DNA of 64,000 bases. Origin: an uncultured Fibrobacteria bacterium. Its GTDB lineage: Bacteria > Fibrobacterota > Fibrobacteria > UBA11236. A program made the position numbers and the translations under genes. The notes below the pieces were generated by a model. The model saw nothing but the letters and a program-made list of their open reading frames with translations. It was not told the origin of the DNA and did no database searches. The stretch lies in NCBI GenBank assembly GCA_963716395.1, contig OY970309.1, forward strand, positions 2,560,001 through 2,624,000, written 5' to 3'. This document shows, one piece after another, positions 13,890-23,412 of the stretch (position 1 is the first letter of the stretch; each line of letters opens with the position of its first letter).

Positions 13890-14840
13890 ATGGGGGCGAT
13901 TGTCCAGGGCCTGGGGATCTTCGTTCCCGATCGCATTCTGACCAACGCTGAGCTCGAGCGCATGGTCGACACCTCGGATGCGTGGATTACGTCGCGCACC
14001 GGCATTCGCGAGCGGCGCATCCTTCCCGCAGAAAGTTCCTGGCTCGCTTCGGACCTCGGGGCCGCCGCCGCTCTCCAGGCTTTGCAGCGCGCGGGATTGC
14101 CGCCCGAAGCGGTGCAGGGCATCATCGTGGGCGCCGTGTCTCCCGACAAACAATTTCCGGCCACGGCCTGCTTCATCCAGGAGAAAATCGGGGCCAAGAA
14201 CGCCTTCGCCTTCGACCTCACCGCCGCCTGCGCGGGCTTCGTCTACGGCGTGAATCTGGCGGCGCATTTCATCGAAGCCGGCCAATGCGAGCATGTGCTG
14301 GTCATCGGCGCCGAACTGCTGTCGCGCGTGGTGGATTGGAGCGATCGCAACACCTGCATCCTGTTCGGCGATGCCGGCGGCGCAGCCGTGCTCGGCCGCG
14401 GACCCAAGGACCGCGGCGTGCTGCGATCGCTTTTGCGCAGCGACGGGGCTCATGCCGACATTCTCTATCTCGACCAGGCCGGCGAACCCGGTCATGCCAT
14501 GCGCATGGACGGCAAGCAGGTCTTCAAGTTGGCCGTTTCCGCCGTTTCGGCCGTGGTGCGCGACACGTTGGCAGCGGAAGGTTTGCGCCCGGCCGATCTC
14601 GATTTGCTGGTGCTGCACCAGGCCAATGTCCGCATTCTCAACGCCATTGCCGAAAAGCTGGAGTTGCCCGCGGAAAAAATGATCGTGAACGTCGATCGCT
14701 ACGGCAACACCTCTTCGGCGTCGGTGCCCTTGGCCTTATATGAGGCCGAACAGACCGGAAGGCTCAAGCCGGGAATGCTGGTGGCCCTGGCCGCGGTGGG
14801 CGGCGGCATGAGCTGGGGCTGTAACCTGGTGCGTTGGTAA
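13890..14840 (+). CDS. fabH: 3-oxoacyl-ACP synthase III
   Basis: AACAG, LFGDAGGA, HQAN, GNTSSAS catalytic triad. Confidence 0.96.
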   Translation: MGAIVQGLGIFVPDRILTNAELERMVDTSDAWITSRTGIRERRILPAESSWLASDLGAAAALQALQRAGLPPEAVQGIIVGAVSPDKQFPATACFIQEKIGAKNAFAFDLTAACAGFVYGVNLAAHFIEAGQCEHVLVIGAELLSRVVDWSDRNTCILFGDAGGAAVLGRGPKDRGVLRSLLRSDGAHADILYLDQAGEPGHAMRMDGKQVFKLAVSAVSAVVRDTLAAEGLRPADLDLLVLHQANVRILNAIAEKLELPAEKMIVNVDRYGNTSSASVPLALYEAEQTGRLKPGMLVALAAVGGGMSWGCNLVRW

Positions 14841-14908
14841 GGGTCCGTTAAGAAATAACTGCGTTACAGCGAGGGCGAATGTAGCGGTTATTGCTTAACG
14901 GACCCTTA
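14838..14908. repeat. 71-bp hairpin / MITE-like element with 15-bp perfect terminal inverted repeats
   Basis: TAAGGGTCCGTTAAG (14838-14852) pairs with CTTAACGGACCCTTA (14894-14908); inner arms also near-complementary. Confidence 0.75.
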
Positions 14909-14950
14909 GTGCGGGGTAGAAATCAATTTGCATTTTGAATTGAAGCAGAC

Positions 14951-15868
14951 ATGACCCATCGAATTCTTCTTTTCCCCGGCCAAGGCTCGCAATATCCGGG
15001 CATGGGCAAAAAACTTTCCGAAAGCCACGTGGGTGCCAAGTGCCTGCTTGACCAGGCTTGCGAGGTATTGGGTTTTGATTTGGCGGATTGCATGTGGAAT
15101 GGCCCCGAGGCTGGGTTGAACGCCACGGAAAACACGCAGCCGGCGCTGTTCACGGTTTCGATGATGACCATGGAATGGCTGCGGGAACGCGGCACGACAT
15201 TTGACTTTGCCGCCGGACATTCGTTGGGTGAATACTCCGCGTTGTGTGCGGCCGGCGTCTTTTCCTTCGCCGACGGCTTGCGCCTGGTCCGTTTGCGGGG
15301 CGAAGGCATGGCCCGCGCCGGCCGCGCGCGCCCCGGCGCCATGGCGGCCGTACTAGGCCTCGAACGCGAGAAGCTGGAAGCGGCGTTGCAGGCGGCTGCG
15401 ACGGACGGCATCGTAACCGCGGCGAATTTCAACAGCCCGACCCAGATCGTGATCTCGGGCGAAAGCGCCGCGGTCGCAGCGGCCGAAACGCGGTGCGTCG
15501 AGGCGGGCGCCAAGAAGGTGGTGCGGTTGCCGGTGAGCGGGGCTTTTCACTCGCCGCTGATGCAATCGGCCGCCGATGAATTGGGCCGCGGACTCGCTGC
15601 GGTGCGATTTGCCGCGCCGCGCGTTCCCATTCTCACCAATGTGGACGCCCGCGAAGAAAGCGACCCCGAACGCTTGAAAGCCGGGTTGCTGCGGCAGCTC
15701 ACCGCGCCCGTGCGTTGGGTCGAAGCGATGCAGCGCGCCGAGGCATTGGGCGTGGACGAAGGCTGGGAAGTCGGGGCGGGCAAGGTGCTGACGGGGCTGA
15801 TGCGCGGCATCACCCGTACCATTAAGGTGACCCCGGTCGAGAACCCCGAAGACGGGGCGGCGGCGTAG
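14951..15868 (+). CDS. fabD: Malonyl-CoA-ACP transacylase
   Basis: LFPGQGSQ, TQPAL, GHSLGEY, VSGAFHS. Confidence 0.96.
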   Translation: MTHRILLFPGQGSQYPGMGKKLSESHVGAKCLLDQACEVLGFDLADCMWNGPEAGLNATENTQPALFTVSMMTMEWLRERGTTFDFAAGHSLGEYSALCAAGVFSFADGLRLVRLRGEGMARAGRARPGAMAAVLGLEREKLEAALQAAATDGIVTAANFNSPTQIVISGESAAVAAAETRCVEAGAKKVVRLPVSGAFHSPLMQSAADELGRGLAAVRFAAPRVPILTNVDAREESDPERLKAGLLRQLTAPVRWVEAMQRAEALGVDEGWEVGAGKVLTGLMRGITRTIKVTPVENPEDGAAA

Positions 15869-15892
15869 GCCGCGAAACGGCGGGAGGTTGCG

Positions 15893-16639
15893 ATGATCGA
15901 TCTCAAAGGACAAACAGCCCTGGTGACGGGCGCCAGCCGCGGATTGGGATTCGCCATTGCCCAACGCCTGGCGCGCCAAGGCGCGACCGTGCATGTGGTG
16001 GCCCGCAGCTTCGAGGCCGTGCAGGCCGCCGCGCACAACCTGGCCGCCGAAACCGGGGCTTCGGTGCATGCCCATGCGGCCGATCTGGGCGATTCCGCCG
16101 CCACGCAGTCCCTGTTCGAAACCGTGCTGCGGCTCAGCCCGTCGCTGGAAATCCTGGTCAACAATGCCGGCATCACGCGCGACGGATTGCTGCTGCGCAT
16201 GAAAGACGAAGACTTCGATGAAGTGCTGCGCACCAATCTGCGTTCGGTGTTTCTCTGTACCCGGGCGGCGCTGAAGACCATGATCCGCCAGAAATACGGA
16301 CGCGTGGTGAACCTCTCCTCCATCGTGGGCGTACACGGCCAGGCCGGCCAGGCCAATTACGCCGCCTCGAAGGCCGGCATCATCGGCTTCACCAAAAGCG
16401 TTGCCAAAGAGGTGGCCTCGCGCAACATTACCTGCAATGCGGTGGCCCCGGGTTTCATCGACTCCGACATGACGCGCGCCTTGAATGCAACCCAGCAGGC
16501 CGGTATTCTGGCCTCGATTCCCCAGGGACGCATGGGCAGGCCCGAGGAGGTCGCCGATGTGGCCGCTTTTCTCGCGGCGCGGGAGTCGGGATATATCACC
16601 GGACAGGTGCTCGGTATTGACGGAGGTTTGGGGATTTAA
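15893..16639 (+). CDS. fabG: 3-oxoacyl-ACP reductase
   Basis: TGASRGLG, NNAGITRD, YAASK, APGFI. Confidence 0.96.
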   Translation: MIDLKGQTALVTGASRGLGFAIAQRLARQGATVHVVARSFEAVQAAAHNLAAETGASVHAHAADLGDSAATQSLFETVLRLSPSLEILVNNAGITRDGLLLRMKDEDFDEVLRTNLRSVFLCTRAALKTMIRQKYGRVVNLSSIVGVHGQAGQANYAASKAGIIGFTKSVAKEVASRNITCNAVAPGFIDSDMTRALNATQQAGILASIPQGRMGRPEEVADVAAFLAARESGYITGQVLGIDGGLGI

Positions 16640-16772
16640 GACATCCTGGCAACAATTCGATGGATGCACGTTTCGGGGTTTTGTCGCCACCCGCCGATTT
16701 TGAAGGAGAGACGGGTTTCGGTTTGTTATATTAACCCAACATTTTTGCGACGCCCCTTCGAAGGAGACTGGA

Positions 16773-17009
16773 ATGTCGGACGAAATCATGCAGAAAATCA
16801 CCAAGGTGATTGTCGAGAAGCTCGGCGTGACCGAAGATCAGGTTAAACCCGGTGCCGCTTTTGTCGAAGACCTCGGCGCCGATTCCCTCGATCAGGTGGA
16901 ATTGGTCATGGCCTTGGAAGACGAATTCGACATCGAAATTCCCGACGAAGACGCCGAAAAACTCAAAAAGGTGAGCGATGTCATCACCTATGTGACGTCC
17001 AAAGCCTGA
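16773..17009 (+). CDS. acpP: Acyl carrier protein
   Basis: DLGADSLD phosphopantetheine site, [10 protein letters not shown]. Confidence 0.97.
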   Translation: MSDEIMQKITKVIVEKLGVTEDQVKPGAAFVEDLGADSLDQVELVMALEDEFDIEIPDEDAEKLKKVSDVITYVTSKA

Positions 17010-17037
17010 TTTCCCTTGTCTCCCATTTTCCGGAAAG

Positions 17038-17072
17038 AAGGCACTACGATCCCTCGGTAGTGCCTTTATCAT
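17038..17072 (+). terminator. Stem-loop between acpP and rnc (terminator-like)
   Basis: AAGGCACTAC (17038-17047) pairs with GTAGTGCCTT (17057-17066), followed by AT-rich tail. Confidence 0.6.
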
Positions 17073-17079
17073 ATTCAGG

Positions 17080-17832
17080 ATGGTACTTGGACTGATTCGG
17101 CGCCTGTTCTGGCGCCGCCCCGGCGCCGCGCGGCTCGCCGAATTGGAGCGGGTGCTGGAATATCGCTTTCGCGATCCCGGGCATCTGCGCATGGCGCTGT
17201 CGCATCGCTCCTATGTCAACACGTTGAATCCGCGTCCGCCTTCCAACGAAAGGTTGGAATTTCTCGGCGACGCGATTTTAAACGCCGTCGTCACCGATTA
17301 TCTCTTCCACCACAATCCCGATTCCGAAGAGGGCCGGCTTTCGCAGATGAAGTCGTTGGTGGTGAGCGCCAAGGTGTTGGAGTTGTGCGCGATCGAATGG
17401 AATTTGGGGAAATACATTCTCCTGAGCAAGGCCGAGGAGAAAAGCGGCGGGCGCAATCGGCAAAGCATTTTGGCCGATTCCTTTGAAGCCGTGCTCGGCG
17501 CCGTGTTCCTCGACGGCGGCTACCCCGCGGTGACGCAGTTGGTGCATTCCACTTTGGTGCCGATGATGGACGACGTGCTGGCCGACGCCGACTTCGCCAA
17601 TTACAAGAGCCTGCTGCTCGAATTCACCCAAGGGCGCGGGTACGGCATACCCGCCTATGAAGTGGTGCGGGCCTCCGGTCCCGAGCATCGCAAGGCCTTC
17701 GTGGTGGCCGTGAAGGTGCAGGGGCGCGAATGGGGACGCGGCGAAGGCGCCTCAAAAAAATCGGCGGAGCAGGCCGGTGCGCGCATGGCTCTGGCCGCCT
17801 TGTCGCCGGACCGGGAAATCGAAGAGGCATGA
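17080..17832 (+). CDS. rnc: Ribonuclease III
   Basis: NERLEFLGDA, ADSFEAVLGA, C-terminal dsRBD (GPEH.K.F, G.SKK.AEQ). Confidence 0.97.
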   Translation: MVLGLIRRLFWRRPGAARLAELERVLEYRFRDPGHLRMALSHRSYVNTLNPRPPSNERLEFLGDAILNAVVTDYLFHHNPDSEEGRLSQMKSLVVSAKVLELCAIEWNLGKYILLSKAEEKSGGRNRQSILADSFEAVLGAVFLDGGYPAVTQLVHSTLVPMMDDVLADADFANYKSLLLEFTQGRGYGIPAYEVVRASGPEHRKAFVVAVKVQGREWGRGEGASKKSAEQAGARMALAALSPDREIEEA

Positions 17833-18674
17833 GCCGGCCTTGGCGTCTGCTCTTCACGGGGCGGCAAAGCGGCGCCTTCAATATGGCCGCCGACGCCGCG
17901 GTGCTGCACGCGGTGGAGGCCGGGGGTTCCCCGCCTACGCTGCGGTTGTACGGCTGGGATCCCCCGTGCGTCAGCCTCGGTCATTTTCAAAATGCTCCGG
18001 CCGAACTCGACTCCGCAGCCCTGTGCCGACGGGGGTGGGATTGGGTGAAGCGCCCCACGGGGGGGCGCGCCGTGTTGCACGTCGACGAAATCACCTATTC
18101 CTTGGCCCTGCGGCAAGACGCCGCGCCCTGGGGTGCCACCCTGCGGTCGTCGCATGCGCGCATCGGGCAAGCCTGGGCGCAGGCTCTGGCAGCCTATGCG
18201 GTGCGCGTGGCCGACGGGGACATCGACGCGGCGCGCGCGCCCGCCGGGCCGGGCGGAGCGAGGCCGTGTTTCGCCAGCACAGCGCGCGACGAATTGTCGC
18301 ATGCGGGCCGCAAGGTGGTGGGGTCGGCGCAGCGCCGGACGCGCGGCGCCCTGCTGCAGCACGGATCGATTCCGCTGACGCAGGCGCATGAAGACCTGGT
18401 CGACGTGCTGCGCATTTGTGATGAAGATCGTGACCGATATCGTAAAGAAATCCGGTCTCATGCCGTGTCGCTCCGTGAAATCGGTCCCGTGCCGCCGGCA
18501 CCCGAAGCGTGGATGCGTGAATTGGCGGCGTCGTTTTGCACCGCGCTGGGCGTGGCGGCCGCACCGGGCGATTTTTCCGACGCCGAGAGCGATCGCCTCC
18601 GGCAAGGAGTCGCCGAACATCAAGCGCGCCAGCGGGAGTTTTTTGCGCTGGAGCCCGCGGTGATGCGGGCTTAA
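17829..18674 (+). CDS. Lipoate-protein ligase / octanoyltransferase (LipM/LplA family)
   Basis: NMAAD, TLRLYGW, SLGHFQ, RPTGGRAVLH, CF, KVVGSAQ, LQHGSI. Confidence 0.88.
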   Translation: MSRPWRLLFTGRQSGAFNMAADAAVLHAVEAGGSPPTLRLYGWDPPCVSLGHFQNAPAELDSAALCRRGWDWVKRPTGGRAVLHVDEITYSLALRQDAAPWGATLRSSHARIGQAWAQALAAYAVRVADGDIDAARAPAGPGGARPCFASTARDELSHAGRKVVGSAQRRTRGALLQHGSIPLTQAHEDLVDVLRICDEDRDRYRKEIRSHAVSLREIGPVPPAPEAWMRELAASFCTALGVAAAPGDFSDAESDRLRQGVAEHQARQREFFALEPAVMRA

Positions 18675-18758
18675 CGCGTTGGCGCCACGCCTTTCCCTGG
18701 CGGAAAGGCGCCATTCCCGCCGCCAGGAGTTAAATTTCCACCTCTTTCGAGGATAAAT

Positions 18759-20462
18759 TTGCCCGCACCGGTTTCCGCGCCCGCTTCGCTCGCGCCCTTG
18801 ATTGTACAGGGCGACATGACCTTGCTGCTGGAAGCCGCGCACCCCTTGCACGACGAGGTGCGCGACGCCATCGCCGTATTCACCGAATTGGTGAAAAGCC
18901 CCGAGCACGTACACACCTACGGCATTTCCCATCTCTCGCTGTGGAACGCCGCGTCAGCCGGGCATTCGTCGCACGAGGTGCTGGAAACCTTGCGGAAATA
19001 TTCGCGCTACCCGTTGCCCTCCAACGTGATTTATGAAATCGAAACCTTCATGGATCGCTACGGCCAGGTGCGCCTACGTCGCGAAAACAACGCCTTGTGG
19101 CTCGAAGCCGAAGATCCGAAGTTGCTGGAAGAAATCTGCCGCCACCGCGAAATTGCGGTCTACCTGGCCGAGCCCGCCCGCCAGGGCAAGGCACAGTTGC
19201 TCCCGCATTGCCGCGGACCCATCAAGGTGGCGTTGACCCAAATCGGGTTTCCCGCCGAGGATTTGGCGGGCTACGCCCAAGGCACGCCGCTCGCGGTCGA
19301 TTTGCGCACCACCACTTTGGCGGGACAACCGCTCCAGGTGCGCGATTATCAGGAGTCGGCCGCGCGCGTCTTCCATGCCGGCGGCAGCGAAAAAGGTGGA
19401 TCGGGCGTGGTGGTGCTGCCCTGCGGCGCGGGCAAAACCTTGGTGGGTCTGGCGGTGCTGGCGCGCTGCCGGTGCCACACCTTGGTTCTGACCACCAATG
19501 TCACCGCGGCGCGGCAATGGATTCGCGAGATCCTCGATAAGACCACGTTGACCGCGGATCAGGTCTCGGAATACACCGGCGATTCCAAAACCATCGCGCC
19601 CGTCACCGTGGCCACCTACCAGATTCTGACCTACCGCAAGCGCAAGACCGAAGAGTTTCCGCATTTCGACATCTTCCAGAACAAAGCCTGGGGCCTCATC
19701 ATTTATGACGAGGTGCATTTGCTCCCCGCCCCGGTATTCCGGATTTCAGCCGACATGCAGGCCACGCGACGCTTGGGTTTGACGGCCACCTTGGTGCGTG
19801 AAGATGGCCGCCAAAAAGAAGTCTTCTCGCTCATCGGCCCGAAAAAATTTGAAGTGCCGTGGAAGGTGTTGGAGCAGCAGGGGTGGATCGCCGTCGCCGT
19901 ATGCACCGAAATCCGCGTGCCCTTGCGCGCCAGCGAGCGCATGACCTACGCCATGGCCGACCTGCGCCGCAAAACCGTACTGGCCTCCACCAACCCGGAA
20001 AAAATCCCGGTGGTCAAGGAATTGATCCGCCGCCATGTCGGCGATCGCATTTTGATCATCGGGCAATACCTCGATCAGCTCGACATGCTCCAGGATATCC
20101 TTTCCGCGCCGCTGATTACGGGCTCCACGCCCAACAGCGAACGCGAGCAGCTCTATCACGCCTTTCGCACCGGGGCGATTTCGTTGCTGATCGTTTCCAA
20201 GGTGGGAAACTTCGCGGTCGACATTCCCGACGCCAATGTTCTGATTCAGGTGTCGGGAACTTTCGGCAGCCGGCAGGAAGAGGCGCAGCGCCTGGGCCGC
20301 ATCCTCCGGCCCAAGGTCAACGGTTCAAAAGCGCATTTTTACACGTTGATCACGCGCGACACCAAGGAGCAGGAATTCGGCATGAACCGGCAACTCTTTC
20401 TCGTGGAGCAGGGCTATGCCTACACGGTGGCGGAATGGAGGGATTATGTGGTCAACGGGTAA
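18759..20462 (+). CDS. DNA repair helicase XPB (Ssl2-like)
   Basis: N-terminal ELVKSPEHVHTY..LSLWNA, Walker A LPCGAGKT, DEVH, LGLTATLVREDG, EEAQRLGRILR. Confidence 0.92.
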   Translation: MPAPVSAPASLAPLIVQGDMTLLLEAAHPLHDEVRDAIAVFTELVKSPEHVHTYGISHLSLWNAASAGHSSHEVLETLRKYSRYPLPSNVIYEIETFMDRYGQVRLRRENNALWLEAEDPKLLEEICRHREIAVYLAEPARQGKAQLLPHCRGPIKVALTQIGFPAEDLAGYAQGTPLAVDLRTTTLAGQPLQVRDYQESAARVFHAGGSEKGGSGVVVLPCGAGKTLVGLAVLARCRCHTLVLTTNVTAARQWIREILDKTTLTADQVSEYTGDSKTIAPVTVATYQILTYRKRKTEEFPHFDIFQNKAWGLIIYDEVHLLPAPVFRISADMQATRRLGLTATLVREDGRQKEVFSLIGPKKFEVPWKVLEQQGWIAVAVCTEIRVPLRASERMTYAMADLRRKTVLASTNPEKIPVVKELIRRHVGDRILIIGQYLDQLDMLQDILSAPLITGSTPNSEREQLYHAFRTGAISLLIVSKVGNFAVDIPDANVLIQVSGTFGSRQEEAQRLGRILRPKVNGSKAHFYTLITRDTKEQEFGMNRQLFLVEQGYAYTVAEWRDYVVNG

Positions 20463-21969
20463 CGTCCCCGCTACGGGGTGGCGGAAGACCGCCGCGCTGG
20501 CGTTGGTCCTGGGGGGGCTGGCGGTTTCGGCCGGGGCGCAGGAAATTCACGCCTGCTATCGGCAATTGGACAACGGCCTCAAGGTCATCATTTATCCGCG
20601 CCACCGCAATCCCATCGTGGCTTGCCGGCTGTTTTACGTGACGGGATCGGTACACTCGGCGCCGGGCCGCGTGGGCATCGCCCATTTGCTCGAACATCTG
20701 CTCTTCAAGGGAACGCGCAAGGTCGGCACGCATGATTCCACCAAGGATCTGGCCATCGAAGCCAAAATCGATACCCTGATGGATACCATCGACGCCTTGG
20801 GTGCGCCCGATTCGCTGCGCAAGGCCGCGCTCATGCACCGTTACGATTCGCTGCTGACCGAGCAACGCAAATACCTGATGCCTTACGAACTGTGGGGCGC
20901 GTACGAGAAGGCCGGCGGCACCGATCTCAACGCCTTCACCGCCGATTTGATGACGGCGTATTTCGTCACCCTGCCGCGCAACAAGGTCGAACTCTTTTTT
21001 TGGCTCGAAGCCGACCGCATGCAACATGCGGTGTTCCGCGAATTCTACCCCGAGCGCGACGTGGTGATGGAAGAGCGCCGCATGCGCGTTGACGATAGTC
21101 CCACGGGCCGTTATTGGGAAAGTCTGCTGGGCGTGTTTTACGAAGCCCATCCCTACCGTTTTCCCACCATCGGCTATCCTTCCGACCTGCACCATCTGTC
21201 CCGGCGCGAAGCCGAGCAGCAATATCGCCGGTATTATAAGCCCAACAACGCCATCCTGGTCCTGGCCGGCGACGTCGACACGACCTGGGCTCTGGAGAAG
21301 ATTCGGCAGTATTTCGGGTCCATTCCGCGCGGCGAAGAATTTCCGCCCGTGGTCACCCAAGAGCCGGTACCGGCCGGGGAGAAGCGCCTGACCGTGCGCC
21401 GCAATGATGCCAACCCTCGGCTTGACATCCTGTTTCACACGCCGGGCTATCCCAACCCCGATTTGCCCGCTCTCGACATCGCCGAAGCCGTCTTGTCGGG
21501 GCACAGCGGACGTCTGTATCGCAAGCTGGTCTCGGAGAAGAAGCTGGCGATCGACGCCTCGGCCGGCAATGACGTGGAGTTGTACACCTCGAATTTCCAG
21601 GTGTCGGTGGACCTCGACGGCAATCCGCCCATCGACCAGGTGGAGAAAGCCACCTGGGAAGTGCTTGACAGCATGACCAAGACGCCGATTTCGCCGCGCG
21701 AACTCGAACGCGCGCGCAATCAGGTCTATGCCAACAGTGTGCGCCAGGGCGAAGATCTCGAAAACCTGGCCACCGAATTGGCGTCGTGGGAAATGCGCGG
21801 AAGCTGGCAGGATATCAACCGCTTTCCCGCCGCCGTCCGCAAGGTCACGGCCGAGCAGGTACGCGCGGTGTGCGCCAAATATTTCCGCGACGATTGGGCG
21901 ACTCTCGGAGAGATTCTGCCGCGGCCGGGCGACTCCTCCGAAGCCGCCGCGAACGGAGGTGGAAAATGA
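20446..21969 (+). CDS. M16 (pitrilysin-family) metallopeptidase, catalytic subunit, secreted
   Basis: Signal peptide, LDNGL, HLLEH inverted zinc motif, NAFT, ERDVVMEERRMR. Confidence 0.92.
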   Translation: MWSTGNVPATGWRKTAALALVLGGLAVSAGAQEIHACYRQLDNGLKVIIYPRHRNPIVACRLFYVTGSVHSAPGRVGIAHLLEHLLFKGTRKVGTHDSTKDLAIEAKIDTLMDTIDALGAPDSLRKAALMHRYDSLLTEQRKYLMPYELWGAYEKAGGTDLNAFTADLMTAYFVTLPRNKVELFFWLEADRMQHAVFREFYPERDVVMEERRMRVDDSPTGRYWESLLGVFYEAHPYRFPTIGYPSDLHHLSRREAEQQYRRYYKPNNAILVLAGDVDTTWALEKIRQYFGSIPRGEEFPPVVTQEPVPAGEKRLTVRRNDANPRLDILFHTPGYPNPDLPALDIAEAVLSGHSGRLYRKLVSEKKLAIDASAGNDVELYTSNFQVSVDLDGNPPIDQVEKATWEVLDSMTKTPISPRELERARNQVYANSVRQGEDLENLATELASWEMRGSWQDINRFPAAVRKVTAEQVRAVCAKYFRDDWATLGEILPRPGDSSEAAANGGGK

Positions 21970-23412
21970 AATGCGCCATGACCGTATTGGGGCTGGGTCT
22001 CGGTGTCCTCCAGGCAGCGCCGCCGATTCCCCCGGGTTATTCCGAGATCAAATTTCCGACCTGGACGTATCAGCCGCCGAATCCCAAGGAATACCGGGTG
22101 GAACTGAAAGACGGCGTGGTGGCCTATCTGGTTCCCGATTCCACACTGGATCTGGTGCAATTGTCGCTGTATTGCGGCCGCCCCAACGTGCCGCGCAAAC
22201 CCGCCGACGTGGCGGCGCTCGATCTCTATTCCGCATTGCTGAAAAGCGGCGGCACCCGGCAATTGACGCCGGAACAACTCGAAGACAGTCTGGAATTCAC
22301 CGCGGCGTCGGTGTCGGCCAACCTGGGCAATTATCAGAACGAAGCTGCGTTCGACGCTTTGGGGAAAGATGCCGACGCCATGCTGCATCTGCTCCCGCAA
22401 GTGGTTTTGCAGCCGCGCCTCGATCCGCAGGTGTTCAAGCTGCAGCAGCGCGATCTCCTCGAAGCGATCCAGCACCGCTATTCCAAGCCGCGCGGCGTCA
22501 TGGGCGTGGCCTATGAACGCGTCATGCAGGGCAGTCATCCGCTCAATTGGACGGCCGACTGAAAAAGAGGTCGAGACCCTGACGCCCGCGGCGCTCAAGC
22601 CCTTGGCCGGCAGGGGATTCACCCGCAAAGGCATGGTGCTGGCCGTGGCCGGCCGCTTTAACCGCGCCGACATGATCCGCCGGTTGAACGACTTGGTTTC
22701 CCAATTTCCCGCCGGAGGAAAAGACGAGGCGGTGCCGGCTTTCAAAGGCCCACGCCCGCCCGGCGTATACCTGGTGGACAAACCTTTCTCCCAAGCCACC
22801 ATCCGCATCGGCGCGCCCGGCGTGCAAAGACCCGACCCCGACTATTACCGCCTGGTGGTGGCCAGCTACATCTTCGGCGACGGCGGCTTTACTTCGCGCC
22901 TGATGAAGCGCGTGCGCATCGACGAAGGCCTGGCCTACGGCATCGGCAGCGAAATCGAAAGCGATTACCACCGCCGGGGCACGGTGTACGCCGGATTGCA
23001 GACCAAGGCGCCCACCGGCGCCTACGCCATCAAATTGGTGTTCGAAGAAATGCGGCGTATGGCCCGCGACGGCATCACCGACGACGAATTGGCCAAAGCC
23101 AAAGACGGGTTGCTGAAAAGCCTGCCCTCGCTCTTCGACACGCCTCTCAATACGGCGCGCCTTTTCGCCCAGGGCGAGCTTTGGCAGCGCAAGCCCGATC
23201 ATTTCCGCGAATACGAAAAGCGGATCAAGGCCATGACCCGGGCCGAAGTCGAAGCCACTTTCCGCAAGTATTTCAATCCCGACTCCATGCGCATCGTGGT
23301 GGTGGGGCCCAAAGACATTTTGCTGCAACGCGACGATGCGCACAAAGTATCGCTGGCGGATTTCGGCAAAATCGTCGAGCTCACCCCGGACGAACTGGAT
23401 CGACGCGAATGA
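21966..23412 (+). pseudogene. M16 peptidase partner subunit split by a +1 frameshift near 22553
   Basis: N-half ends NWTAD*; deleting one G gives TGG ACG CCG ACT GAA AAA (WTPTEK) and joins the C-half with GGFTSRL..RVR..EGLAY; no HXXEH motif. Confidence 0.8.

Noticed and set aside
22545-22570. Programmed frameshift or stop read-through in the second M16 gene
   Set aside because: No slippery heptamer before the stop and no evident stimulator; read-through would not restore the frame
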